Assembly (NCBI GenBank): GCA_963816185.1
Contig: CAWFJJ010000029.1
Span: 64,001-128,000 of the forward strand
Reading direction: 5' to 3'
DNA length: 64,000 bases
Source: Thermoanaerobaculia bacterium
GTDB lineage: Bacteria > Acidobacteriota > Thermoanaerobaculia > UBA5066
Part shown: positions 53,384 to 64,000 of the stretch, one piece after another
Position numbering within the stretch: position 1 is the first letter of the stretch
Layout: the number at the start of each line of letters is the position of its first letter
Made by a program: the position numbers and the translations under genes
Notes under the pieces: model-generated
The model's input: only the letters and a program-made list of their open reading frames with translations
Told to the model about the DNA's origin: nothing
Databases searched by the model: none

Positions 53384-55291
53384 ATGGAAGCGCGGTGGGA
53401 CGTCGTCGTCGTCGGAGGGGGTCATGCCGGTTGTGAGGCCGCGCTCGCCGCCGCTCGCCTCGGAAAGAGGACGCTTCTCCTCACACGCGAGCGCGCGACG
53501 ATCGGGCGCATGAGCTGCAACCCTGCCGTCGGAGGTCTCGCGAAAGGACAGGTCGTACGCGAGATCGACGCCCTCGGCGGTGCGATGGGACTCGTCGCGG
53601 ATCGCACCGCAATCCAGTTCAAGGTGCTCAACGCCTCGCGCGGAACCGCCGTGCGCGGGCTCCGCTGCCAGTCTGACAAGTCCCTTTACGCGGCGGAGAT
53701 GGCGCGAGTCCTCGGGGCGGCCGCGAACCTCGCCGTAGGGGAAGGCACGGCTGCGGGGTTCGTGGCGCGCGGCGGCCGGCTCGCCGGCCTGACCCTGGAG
53801 GACGGCACGACGCTCGCCTGTCGCGCGGCCGTCGTGACGACCGGAACGTTCTTGCGCGGCCTCATTCACGTGGGCGACGCGAGGCGGGAAGCCGGCCGCT
53901 GGAACGAACCGCCGGCGCGGTCTCTTTCGGACGCCCTCCGCGCCCTCGGACTCCGTCTTGGCCGGATGAAAACCGGGACCCCGCCACGCGTTCGCGCGGG
54001 CACCGTGGACCTTTCGAAAATGGCGCGCGCGCCCGGCGACGAGCGGCCGATCGCGTTTTCGTTCCGGTCGCGCCACGAGACCTTTCCCCGACAGAGACAG
54101 GTCGACTGCTGGCTCACCCACACCGACGAGGCCGTGCACGACCTCATTCGGGCCAGCCTGCCGCTCTCCCCCCTCTATTCGGGCCGGATCGTCGGCCGGG
54201 GGCCACGCTACTGCCCTTCTATCGAAGACAAGGTCGTGCGCTTCTCGGACAAGCCGCGCCACCAGATCTTCGTCGAGCCCGAAGGGCTTTCGACGGACTG
54301 GCTTTACCTCAACGGCCTCTCGATGTCCTTGCCGGAGCAAACCCAGGAATCAATCGTACGGATGATTACCGGTCTCGAGCACGCCGAGATCCTCCGCCCT
54401 GCTTACGCCGTCGAGTACGACATGGTCTTCCCGGAGCAGCTGGACATCTCTCTCGAAACGCGTGCCTTGCCCGGCCTCTTCCTCGCGGGACAGATCAACG
54501 GCACTTCCGGATACGAGGAGGCCGCCGGCCAGGGCCTCGTCGCGGGAGCGAACGCGGCTCGCGTCGTGACCGGCAACGCACCCCTCAGGCTCGGCCGGCA
54601 CGAGGCCTACATCGGCGTGATGCTCGACGATCTCGTCACGCTCGGCCTCGAGGAGCCGTACCGGCTCCTGACGTCGCGAGCGGAGCACCGCCTCCTCCTC
54701 GGCGCCGACACGGCGTACGCGCGGCTCACGGAGACGGCGCTTGCGCACGGCCTCGTCACCGAAAGCGAAGCGGCGCCGGTGCTCGAAGCCGAGGCCCGTG
54801 TCGTGCGCGCGCGCGCAAGATTGACCTCCGCGCACGTGCGGCCGGATCGCGCGACGAGGGAGCGACTCAACGCGCGCGGCATCGACCTGAGCGAAGAGAC
54901 GACGCTCGGAGGCCTGCTCCGCCGGCCGGAGGCCGACATCTCCGTTCTCCGGGACCTCTTCTCGAAAAGCCTCGACCCCGAGACGGTCGCCGACCTCGAT
55001 GCGCTGCGGGAGGAGGAACGGGATCGACTCGTTTCGGATCTTCGATACGAGGGTTTCATCGCGCGCGAGCGCGAGACCGTCGCCCGCGTTGCGCGCGCAG
55101 CGGAGCGTGTTCTCCCGAGCGAATTCGTGTACCGGGACGTCCCCGGCCTGTCGACAGAAGCGATCGAAAAGCTGGAGCGGCATCGACCCCGGACGCTCGG
55201 CCAGGCTTCGCGTCTGCCGGGCGTCACCTCCGCCGCGGTCGCCGTTCTCCTCGCCCGGCTGCTTTCTTCCGGGCGCGGAGTCGCGGCGTGA
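53384..55291 (+). CDS. mnmG: tRNA uridine modification enzyme MnmG (GidA)
   Basis: GGGHAG, MSCNPAVGG, KTGTPPR, GPRYCPSIEDK, AGQINGTSGYEEA. Confidence 0.97.
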   Translation: MEARWDVVVVGGGHAGCEAALAAARLGKRTLLLTRERATIGRMSCNPAVGGLAKGQVVREIDALGGAMGLVADRTAIQFKVLNASRGTAVRGLRCQSDKSLYAAEMARVLGAAANLAVGEGTAAGFVARGGRLAGLTLEDGTTLACRAAVVTTGTFLRGLIHVGDARREAGRWNEPPARSLSDALRALGLRLGRMKTGTPPRVRAGTVDLSKMARAPGDERPIAFSFRSRHETFPRQRQVDCWLTHTDEAVHDLIRASLPLSPLYSGRIVGRGPRYCPSIEDKVVRFSDKPRHQIFVEPEGLSTDWLYLNGLSMSLPEQTQESIVRMITGLEHAEILRPAYAVEYDMVFPEQLDISLETRALPGLFLAGQINGTSGYEEAAGQGLVAGANAARVVTGNAPLRLGRHEAYIGVMLDDLVTLGLEEPYRLLTSRAEHRLLLGADTAYARLTETALAHGLVTESEAAPVLEAEARVVRARARLTSAHVRPDRATRERLNARGIDLSEETTLGGLLRRPEADISVLRDLFSKSLDPETVADLDALREEERDRLVSDLRYEGFIARERETVARVARAAERVLPSEFVYRDVPGLSTEAIEKLERHRPRTLGQASRLPGVTSAAVAVLLARLLSSGRGVAA

Positions 55292-55938
55292 CTCTCGAAG
55301 ACAGGATCCGGCGAAGCGCCGCGGAGCTCCCTGAAGAAGAGCGTGTCCGTACCCTTTCGGAGGTCGACCGGCTCGTGAACTTCCTTTCCTTCCTCCTCGA
55401 GAAGAACGCGGTGATGAACCTCGTTTCGGCGCGGTCGGCGGCTCCCGCGACCCTCGTGGGAACGCACCTACTCGACTCGTTCGTCGGCCTCTCCTCCTTG
55501 CCGTCCCCGCATGGCCGGCCGATCCGGCTTCTCGACCTCGGCTCGGGCGGGGGATTCCCCGCGATTCCGCTTCTCATCGTGCGGGGAGACCTCGAGGGAA
55601 CTCTCGTCGAATCCTCCGTCAAGAAGGCGGCGTACCTCGACGAGGTGATCTCGCGCCTCGCGTTGACCGCTCGGGTCGTGAACGCTAGATTTCCCGACTC
55701 CTTCCCGATGGCGGGTAACGCTCGTTACGACGTGCTGACGACCCGCGCCGTGGCCTCGGCGGGAAGACTCGTGCGTGCGGCGCGGCCGTGTCTGTCCCCC
55801 GGGGCGAAGGCGCTTCTCTGGACGAGCGAGCCGCTCGCGGCCGAGGCCGCGCGGACGAGTGGCGCGGCGCGATCCTCCTTCCGTCGTGCGCGAGGCGCCG
55901 AGCGGCGGGGTATCCTGTCCCTCGAGTGTTTCACGTGA
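55288..55938 (+). CDS. rsmG: 16S rRNA m7G527 methyltransferase RsmG (GidB)
   Basis: HLLDS, DLGSGGGFP, TRAV; follows mnmG. Confidence 0.92.
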   Translation: MTLEDRIRRSAAELPEEERVRTLSEVDRLVNFLSFLLEKNAVMNLVSARSAAPATLVGTHLLDSFVGLSSLPSPHGRPIRLLDLGSGGGFPAIPLLIVRGDLEGTLVESSVKKAAYLDEVISRLALTARVVNARFPDSFPMAGNARYDVLTTRAVASAGRLVRAARPCLSPGAKALLWTSEPLAAEAARTSGAARSSFRRARGAERRGILSLECFT

Positions 55939-55942
55939 AACA
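55927..55942. promoter_or_regulatory. parS centromere site
   Basis: Perfect palindrome TGTTTCACGTGAAACA. Confidence 0.93.
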
Positions 55943-56741
55943 TTCGCCTCAATCGGCCCATGTCCTCGCGGTCGCGAACCAGAAAGGGGGCGTCGGGAAG
56001 ACGACGACGGCGATCAGCCTCGCGGCGTCTCTCGCGGTTCTCGAGCGAGAGGTCCTCCTCGTGGACTTCGACCCCCAGGGGAACGCGACCTCCGGCCTGG
56101 GCGTCGACAAGTCCTCTCTTGTTCGCACCACATACGAATGGCTCGGCGGAGCGGCGGCCTTCGAGGAGATTGCGCGCGGCACGGACTTGTCTCACCTGAC
56201 GCTCGCGCCCGCGAACCGTCACCTCGTGGGTGCCGAGGTGGAGCTCGTACACGAGGAGCGCCGCGAGAAGCGCCTGGCCGAGAGAATCGACCCGCTGCGA
56301 GACCGATACGACTACATCCTGATCGACTGCCCGCCGTCGCTGTCGCTTCTCACCGTGAATGCGCTCGTGGCGGCCGATGGGGTGCTCGTGCCGATCCAGT
56401 GCGAATACTTCGCGCTCGAGGGGGTCTCCGAGCTCCTCACGACGATCGAGCGCGTGAGAGAGAGCCTCAACCCGGGCCTGGGCCTCGCGGGAGTCGTCGC
56501 CACGATGTTCGACGAACGGACGAATCTCTCGCGACAGGTGCTCGAGGAGATCCGGAAGCATTTCGGCGGGGCCGTGTTCGAGCACGTCGTCCCGCGAAGC
56601 GTGCGGCTCGGCGAGGCGCCGTCCTTCGGAAAGCCGATCCTCCTCTACGACGTCAAGTCGAAGGGCGCCGAGGCGTATCTCGGGATCGCGCGCGAGCTCC
56701 TGCGGCGGGATGGCCGCCGGTCGTCCGCGTCCGGCTGCTAG
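55935..56741 (+). CDS. parA: Chromosome partitioning ATPase ParA/Soj
   Basis: NQKGGVGKTTT, DFDPQGNAT, IDCPPSL, QCEYFALEG, EAPSFG. Confidence 0.96.
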   Translation: MKHSPQSAHVLAVANQKGGVGKTTTAISLAASLAVLEREVLLVDFDPQGNATSGLGVDKSSLVRTTYEWLGGAAAFEEIARGTDLSHLTLAPANRHLVGAEVELVHEERREKRLAERIDPLRDRYDYILIDCPPSLSLLTVNALVAADGVLVPIQCEYFALEGVSELLTTIERVRESLNPGLGLAGVVATMFDERTNLSRQVLEEIRKHFGGAVFEHVVPRSVRLGEAPSFGKPILLYDVKSKGAEAYLGIARELLRRDGRRSSASGC

Positions 56742-56751
56742 GATCGCCGCC

Positions 56752-57618
56752 GTGATCGCGTCCCGAAGACCGGCGCTCGGCAAAGGCCTCTCGGCGCTCA
56801 TTCCATCGTCGCGGGCAGACGCGCCGAGCGCGGCCCCGAGAGCCGTCGCGATCGATCTCCTGGACTCGAACCGCCGCCAGCCGCGCCGGCGGTTCGACGA
56901 CGCCGGCCTCGAGGAGCTCGCACGGTCCATCCGGCGGACCGGGATCCTCCAGCCCGTCCTCGTCACGAAGGAGGGCGGGCGCTTTCGGATCGTTGCCGGC
57001 GAGCGCCGCGTCCGCGCGGCTCGGCTCGCGGGCCTCGTCGAGGTTCCGGTGGTCGTGCGCGAGGGCGTAACGGATCGCGATCACCTCCTCCTCGCGCTCG
57101 TCGAGAATGTGCAGCGTAGCGACCTCACCCCCCTCGAGGAGGCGGAGGCATACCGCCATCTCAAAGACGACTTTTCCCTCACACAGGAGGACGTCGCCGA
57201 ACGCGTCGGCAAGGACCGGACAACCGTCGCGAACGCGCTCCGACTGCTCAAGCTCCCTTCCGCGGTGCGCGCCGCGCTCGAGGACGGATCTCTCTCGGCG
57301 GGCCATGCGCGCGCCCTGCTCGCGTTGCCGTCCGCGGCCGATCAGGAGCAACTCGCGAAAGAGGTCGTGCGCCGCGGGCTCTCCGTGCGCGCGACCGAGG
57401 CGCGGGTGGCCGCCATCCAGAAGGGGAGCGCGAAGAAGAAGAAATCCCGGGCGGTGGATGCCGACACGCGCGACGCCGAGCTCCGCCTCGCGCGGGTGCT
57501 CGGGACACGGGTCGAGATTCGCAGGAAGAAGCGCGGGGGCGAGGTCCGCATCTCGTTCTTCTCGGAGGAGGAGCTGATCTCTCTTTTCGAGCGGCTCCTC
57601 GGAGGCCGCAAAACATGA
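56752..57618 (+). CDS. parB: Chromosome partitioning protein ParB/Spo0J
   Basis: LGKGLSAL, QPRRRF, AGERR, ENVQRSDL, HTH region. Confidence 0.96.
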   Translation: MIASRRPALGKGLSALIPSSRADAPSAAPRAVAIDLLDSNRRQPRRRFDDAGLEELARSIRRTGILQPVLVTKEGGRFRIVAGERRVRAARLAGLVEVPVVVREGVTDRDHLLLALVENVQRSDLTPLEEAEAYRHLKDDFSLTQEDVAERVGKDRTTVANALRLLKLPSAVRAALEDGSLSAGHARALLALPSAADQEQLAKEVVRRGLSVRATEARVAAIQKGSAKKKKSRAVDADTRDAELRLARVLGTRVEIRRKKRGGEVRISFFSEEELISLFERLLGGRKT

Positions 57619-57989
57619 GCGCAAAGCGAAGCGGCTCGCTGAATGGTTTCCTGGACCGCGGCGCGCGGCTCGAGGGAACGCTCTCGTTCGACGACGTGTT
57701 CCGCATCGACGGGCAGTTCAAAGGCACGATCACGTCGGAGGCCGAGCTCGTGGTCGGGGAGGGCGGCGTCGTGGAAGGCGACGTACGGGTGGGGCGCCTC
57801 GCGGTGTCCGGCACGATCAAGGGAAGCGTGCACGCCAAAGAGCGCGTGGAGCTGCACACGGGCGCGCGCGTCTTCGCCGACATTAAGACGCCCGTGCTGG
57901 TCGTCGAAGAGGGCGCGGTGATTCAGGGGCCCGTGGAAAGCGGCCCGCCGCGCAGTGAGGAGCCCGCGAAGGGCAAACTCCCGCCATAG
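57615..57989 (+). CDS. Bactofilin (polymer-forming cytoskeletal protein)
   Basis: Repeating hydrophobic-Gly beta-helix pattern RIDGQFKG, VEEGAVIQG. Confidence 0.9.
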   Translation: MSAKRSGSLNGFLDRGARLEGTLSFDDVFRIDGQFKGTITSEAELVVGEGGVVEGDVRVGRLAVSGTIKGSVHAKERVELHTGARVFADIKTPVLVVEEGAVIQGPVESGPPRSEEPAKGKLPP

Positions 57990-58011
57990 CCAGGCCGCAG
58001 AGGCGAATTCG

Positions 58012-58156
58012 GAGATTTCTTTTTGCTGATATTCGGGGGCTGCAGTTGCAGCCGCCGATATGAGGAAATCTTCTCTTCGAATGGCCGGTGTCAAGGGTCG
58101 AAGACCGCCCCGCGGCGCGCTTCGCGCGCCCTTGACTCCGGCCATTCGACGAAATA
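58012..58156. repeat. Double-hairpin repeat family B, copy 2
   Basis: Near-palindrome 58034-58057; 21-bp stem 58077-58097/58129-58149; homologous to 16867-17009. Confidence 0.85.
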
Positions 58157-58352
58157 TCTGAAAACAGAATAATTAAATCAACCGATTAGTTTCACCTTTG
58201 CGGTACACAGGTGGCGACTGAAGAAGTCTCACGATTGACCCACGGCCGCCGCCGTGAGATAACCCCGCAGCCTGCGCAGATCCGGGTCCATGGCGTCGCC
58301 CGAGAGGTTCGGCGTCCGGGTTTCGGGCCGGTGCATGCGACGCCGAGCACAC

Positions 58353-58781
58353 ATGCAGCTACCCGATCTCTCCCTGCTCCTCGTCATGGTGATCTTCTGG
58401 GCGACATACGCCGTCCTGAGGTTTTTCATCCTCAAGCCGCTCGGCGGGATCCTCGAGGGGCGCGAACGCACCGTCCAAGAGGCGACGGCGGCGCTCGCGG
58501 GGATGCTGGACCAGGAGAAAGACACGCTTGCCGGCATCGACAAGCGGCTCACGGAGGCGCGCCGCGAGGCGCTGGCGGCGCGTAAGGCCGCTCGCGACGA
58601 AGCGAACACGAAGCGCCAGGCGATCCTCGAGACTGCGCGCGAAAAAGCGCGCGTCGCGGTCGCGGATGCCCAGGGCCGGCTCGAGAAGGACGTCGCCGCT
58701 GCGCGGTCGGACCTCGCGAGTAACGCGCGCGCAACGGCCGTGGAGATCGCGTCGCGGGCTCTCGGCCGGAGGATCGCGTGA
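58353..58781 (+). CDS. ATP synthase F0 subunit b'
   Basis: Single N-terminal TM, LKPL...ILEGRE, coiled coil; first gene of atp cluster. Confidence 0.85.
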   Translation: MQLPDLSLLLVMVIFWATYAVLRFFILKPLGGILEGRERTVQEATAALAGMLDQEKDTLAGIDKRLTEARREALAARKAARDEANTKRQAILETAREKARVAVADAQGRLEKDVAAARSDLASNARATAVEIASRALGRRIA

Positions 58782-59338
58782 CGCTCGGGGTGGGTCTTCT
58801 CTTCCTCGAGGAAGGGCAGGAGGCGACCCACGGTTTTCTCGGAGTTCCGGGCCTCGTGTGGCAGCTTCTCAACCTCGTCCTTTTTCTCGGTCTTCTCTGG
58901 TACTTCCTGAGAAAGCCGGCCGCCGATTTCTTCGGAAAGCGAAAAGCGGGCGTCGCGGCGGCCCTCGCGAAGGCCGACGAGGACCGCCGCCGGGCGGAGC
59001 AGCTCTCCGTGGAGCTCAAAGCGCGGCTCGCGGCCATCGAGACCGAGCTCGCGAACCTGAAGGCGGCCGCGCGACGCGACGCGGAGACCGAACACACGGC
59101 GCTGCTCGCGAAGAGCCAGGCAGACGCCGACCAGATCCTGGCGCGCACGCGCACCGATCTCGACAATCGTGTCCGAGCCGCTCGGGCCGAGCTCACGGCC
59201 TTTGCCGGCGACCTTTCGGTCGACCTCGCCCGCGAGCTCCTCCAGAAGAACGTGACGGCGGACGACGAAAAGAGACTACTCGAAGAGGGCCTGGCGCACC
59301 TGGCCGGCTCGGCGACGGGTCGAGGCGGAGCGAGATGA
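58778..59338 (+). CDS. atpF: ATP synthase F0 subunit b
   Basis: WQLLNLVLF...FLRKP, coiled coil. Confidence 0.9.
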   Translation: MTLGVGLLFLEEGQEATHGFLGVPGLVWQLLNLVLFLGLLWYFLRKPAADFFGKRKAGVAAALAKADEDRRRAEQLSVELKARLAAIETELANLKAAARRDAETEHTALLAKSQADADQILARTRTDLDNRVRAARAELTAFAGDLSVDLARELLQKNVTADDEKRLLEEGLAHLAGSATGRGGAR

Positions 59339-59874
59339 GCGCCCGCGTCACGCGTCCCTACGTCGACGCCTTCTTCGCCGTGGCGACGGACCCGGCCGGA
59401 GAGCTTGCGGCGCTCGAGGCGTTCCGACATGCGTACGACCAGAATCCCGAGCTCGGAAAGGTCCTCTCGAACCCCGGACTCGAGCGCGAAAAGCGCGAGG
59501 CGCTGCTGACCGCGGTCGCCGAGCGCGTCGGGGTTCCCGAGATCGCGGGCCGCCTCCTGAAGATCCTCCTCCACAACGGCCGGCTTCACATCCTCGGCGA
59601 CCTTCTCGGCGCCCTTCGCGCGCGGCTCGACCGGGACACGCATGCCGTCGAAGCGCGGATCGTCACGGCTCGGCCCGCCGACGCCGCCGTTCTCGAAGCC
59701 CTCCGCGCGCTCGTCGCCGATCGGACGAAGCAGACCGTCCGCCTCGTGTCCAAAGTCGATCCCTCTCTCCTCGGGGGTTTCATCGTCTCGGTGGGCAGCG
59801 CGCGGCTCGATGCCTCTCTCGAGAGGCGCCTCGAAAAAGCCCGCGCGGCCCTACACGCACTCGCCCCGGCCTGA
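59335..59874 (+). CDS. atpH: ATP synthase F1 subunit delta
   Basis: RPY, LSNP, VDPSLLGG, DASL. Confidence 0.92.
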   Translation: MSARVTRPYVDAFFAVATDPAGELAALEAFRHAYDQNPELGKVLSNPGLEREKREALLTAVAERVGVPEIAGRLLKILLHNGRLHILGDLLGALRARLDRDTHAVEARIVTARPADAAVLEALRALVADRTKQTVRLVSKVDPSLLGGFIVSVGSARLDASLERRLEKARAALHALAPA

Positions 59875-59898
59875 CACTTGGGAGAAAGAAGCACCCAC

Positions 59899-61434
59899 AT
59901 GGCGGAAATCAGCGCTCAGGAGATCACGCAGCTCATCAAGGCCCAGCTCGCCGGCATCACGCAAGGCGTGGACGTCGACGAGGTGGGGACCGTCGTGTCC
60001 GTCGGCGACGGCATCGCGCTCGCCTACGGCCTCGAGAAAGTCATGGCGGGCGAGCTTCTCGAATTCCCGAACGGCGTTTACGGTCTCGCGCTGAACCTCG
60101 AGGAGGGCCACGTCGGCTGCGTCCTCATGGGCGAGACGAGCCTCGTCAAGGAAGGCGACACCGTCAAGCGCACGAAGCGCATCATTTCGGTGCCCGTCGG
60201 CGAGGCGCTCGTGGGACGCGTGGTCAACCCGCTCGGGCATCCGATCGACGGCAAAGGACCGGTCGCCTCGAAGGAGTTCTACCCGGTCGAGCGGCTCGCC
60301 CCCGGTGTCGTCGACCGCATGCCGGTCAAGGAGCCCATGCAGACGGGCCTCAAGGCAATCGACTCGATGATTCCGATCGGCCGCGGGCAGCGCGAGCTGA
60401 TCATCGGAGACCGCCAGACGGGGAAGACCGCCATCGCCCTCGACACGATCATCAACCAGAAGGGCAACGGGGTCATTTGCGTGTACGTCGCGATCGGCCA
60501 GAAGAACTCCACGATCGCCCAAGTCGTCCAGACGCTCGAGGGGCACGGCGCGATGGAGCACACGATCGTCGTCGCCGCGGCCGCGTCCGACCCGGCGCCG
60601 CTCCAGTACATCTCGGCCTACGCGGGCTGCGCGATGGGCGAGTACTTCATGTACAACGGCAAGCACGCGCTCGTCGTCTACGACGACCTCTCCAAGCAGG
60701 CGGCGTCCTATCGCGAGATCTCGCTTCTTCTCCGCCGCCCGCCGGGCCGCGAGGCGTACCCGGGAGACGTGTTCTACCTGCACAGCCGGCTTCTCGAGCG
60801 CGCCTCGAAGCTGAACAAGGCGAAAGGCGGCGGGTCGCTGACGGCGCTCCCGATCATCGAGACGCAGGCGGGCGACGTGTCGGCGTACATCCCGACGAAC
60901 GTCATCTCGATCACGGACGGACAGATCTTTCTCGAGTCGGACCTCTTCTTCTCGGGCCAGCGTCCGGCCGTGAACGTCGGCATCTCGGTGTCGCGCGTCG
61001 GCGGGTCCGCGCAGATCCGGGTCATGCGCGCGATCGCGGGCACCCTGCGCCTCGACCTCGCGCAGTACCGGGAGCTCGCCGCGTTCGCGCAATTCGGCTC
61101 CGATCTCGACAAGACGACCCAGGCGCAGCTCAACCGCGGGCGCCGGCTGGTCGAGATCCTCAAACAGAACCAGTATGTCCCGATGAACGTCGCGCTCCAG
61201 ATCGCCTCGGTCTTCGCCGGCACGAAGGGGTTCCTCGACGACCTGCTCGTCGAGGCCGTCCTGCCCTTCGAGACCGCCCTTCACGAATACCTGGGCAGCC
61301 AGCACGCGCCGCTCCTTCAGGAGATGCGGGAAGCCGGCAAGCTCACGAAGGAGATCGAGTCCGCGCTTTCCGCGGCGGTCGGAGAAGCGAAGAAGGTCTT
61401 CCTTTCCTCCCGCCCCGAGGCGAAGCAGGCCTAG
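59899..61434 (+). CDS. atpA: ATP synthase F1 subunit alpha
   Basis: [26 protein letters not shown]. Confidence 0.98.
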   Translation: MAEISAQEITQLIKAQLAGITQGVDVDEVGTVVSVGDGIALAYGLEKVMAGELLEFPNGVYGLALNLEEGHVGCVLMGETSLVKEGDTVKRTKRIISVPVGEALVGRVVNPLGHPIDGKGPVASKEFYPVERLAPGVVDRMPVKEPMQTGLKAIDSMIPIGRGQRELIIGDRQTGKTAIALDTIINQKGNGVICVYVAIGQKNSTIAQVVQTLEGHGAMEHTIVVAAAASDPAPLQYISAYAGCAMGEYFMYNGKHALVVYDDLSKQAASYREISLLLRRPPGREAYPGDVFYLHSRLLERASKLNKAKGGGSLTALPIIETQAGDVSAYIPTNVISITDGQIFLESDLFFSGQRPAVNVGISVSRVGGSAQIRVMRAIAGTLRLDLAQYRELAAFAQFGSDLDKTTQAQLNRGRRLVEILKQNQYVPMNVALQIASVFAGTKGFLDDLLVEAVLPFETALHEYLGSQHAPLLQEMREAGKLTKEIESALSAAVGEAKKVFLSSRPEAKQA

Positions 61435-61453
61435 GGCGGCGCCGCAACCAAGC

Positions 61454-62332
61454 ATGGCGAACCTCATCGACATCCGGCGGCGGATCCGGAGCGTGAAGAA
61501 CACGCAGCAGATCACGAAAGCGGTAAAGATGGTTGCCGCGTCGAAGCTGCGCCGCTCGCAGGATCGCGCCATCGCCTCTCGGCCCTACGCGACGACGCTC
61601 GAGGCCGTGCTGCGCTCGGTGGCATCCCGCGTCCGGCCCCGCGAAGACGGGGCGCCTCTCCATCCGTTGCTCGCGACGCGGGAGGAGAAGAGCGTGGTCC
61701 TTCTCGTCGTGAGCGGCGACAAGGGCCTCGCCGGCGGTTTCAACACGAACGTGAACCGTGCCGTGGCGACGTTCGTGCGCAAGGCGAAGGATCGCGGCGT
61801 TGCGAACGTGCGCCTCGTGACGCTCGGCAAGAAGGCGAACGACTTCTGGCGGCGCCGGCCGGTCGAGATCCTCGAGGCGCGGACGGGCCTCGCAGCGCTC
61901 GGCGTCGCGACGACCGCCGAGATCGGCCGCGCCCTGGCCGCGCGCTTCGTCTCGGGCGAGGCGGACGCCGTATACGTCGTCTCGAACGAGTTTCGGAGCG
62001 CCATCTCTCAAGTCGTGAGGACGAAACGCCTGCTTCCCATCGCGCTCGAGAGCGCTGCGGCCGCACCGGCCGGCCCTGACTACCTTTATGAACCGTCCCC
62101 CGAGGAGATCCTCGGGATTCTCCTGCCGCGCTTTCTCGAGTTCCAGATGTACCGTGTGATTCTCGAATCCCAGGCGGCGTTCTTCGCGGCGCAAATGACC
62201 GCGATGGACAGCGCTTCGAAGAATGCGGGCGACATGATCGACTCGCTGACCCTCATCTACAACCGCGCGCGGCAGGCGCGCATCACGAAAGAGCTCATCG
62301 AGATCGTCTCCGGAGCTGCAGCCCTCGATTAG
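61454..62332 (+). CDS. atpG: ATP synthase F1 subunit gamma
   Basis: QITKAVKMVAASKL, YNRARQARITKELIEI. Confidence 0.98.
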   Translation: MANLIDIRRRIRSVKNTQQITKAVKMVAASKLRRSQDRAIASRPYATTLEAVLRSVASRVRPREDGAPLHPLLATREEKSVVLLVVSGDKGLAGGFNTNVNRAVATFVRKAKDRGVANVRLVTLGKKANDFWRRRPVEILEARTGLAALGVATTAEIGRALAARFVSGEADAVYVVSNEFRSAISQVVRTKRLLPIALESAAAAPAGPDYLYEPSPEEILGILLPRFLEFQMYRVILESQAAFFAAQMTAMDSASKNAGDMIDSLTLIYNRARQARITKELIEIVSGAAALD

Positions 62333-63814
<1,482 letters not shown>

Positions 63815-63816
63815 CG

Positions 63817-64000
63817 TTGGACGCGCGGCTCACGTTGACCGTCGTCACGCCGGAGCGCGCGCTGCTCCAAGGCGCTGCATGCGACGAGGTCACGCTGCCG
63901 GCGTGGCGCGGCGAGCTCGGCGTCCTGCCGGGCCACACGCCTTTGATCGCGCTTCTGGGAATCGGCGTCGTCGCGTATCGAGACGGCGCCCGGCGCGCGA
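63817..64000 (+). CDS. atpC: ATP synthase F1 subunit epsilon (partial, runs off window)
   Basis: Manual translation from TTG: LTVVTPER...GELGVLPGHTPLI. Confidence 0.92.
   Translation, partial: MDARLTLTVVTPERALLQGAACDEVTLPAWRGELGVLPGHTPLIALLGIGVVAYRDGARRA

Overview
High-GC bacterial chromosome segment spanning the replication origin. Gene content and order suggest Acidobacteriota, possibly Thermoanaerobaculia-like; this is an inference. The right half is the conserved ori cluster: gyrA-gyrB-recF-dnaN-(oriC)-dnaA on the minus strand, and rpmH-rnpA-yidD-yidC-mnmE-mnmG-rsmG-parA-parB-bactofilin-atpF'FHAGDC on the plus strand, with a perfect parS site over the rsmG/parA junction. The left half carries Fe-S accessory genes (erpA-like, sufT-like), a Ser/Thr kinase-STAND ATPase-TPR protein, transporters, secreted proteins and dapF. 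It also carries an interrupted dprA-topA-trmFO-xerC-hslVU cluster, a TPR/lipoprotein/peptidase-PD40-Omp85 operon and pdxR-pdxS-pdxT. I saw no rRNA, tRNA, CRISPR array, transposase or prophage. The most notable observations are: (1) a ~115-nt palindromic repeat that forms the C-terminal tail and stop codon of two unrelated genes; (2) a second ~140-nt double-hairpin repeat with covarying stems and a rearranged interior; (3) a transaldolase-fold gene next to gyrA that has lost nearly every catalytic residue; (4) many apparently leaderless -10 promoters; (5) a 415-bp duplication around garbled DNA and several frameshifts, probably long-read or assembly artefacts. All calls come from reading motifs by eye; no searches were run.
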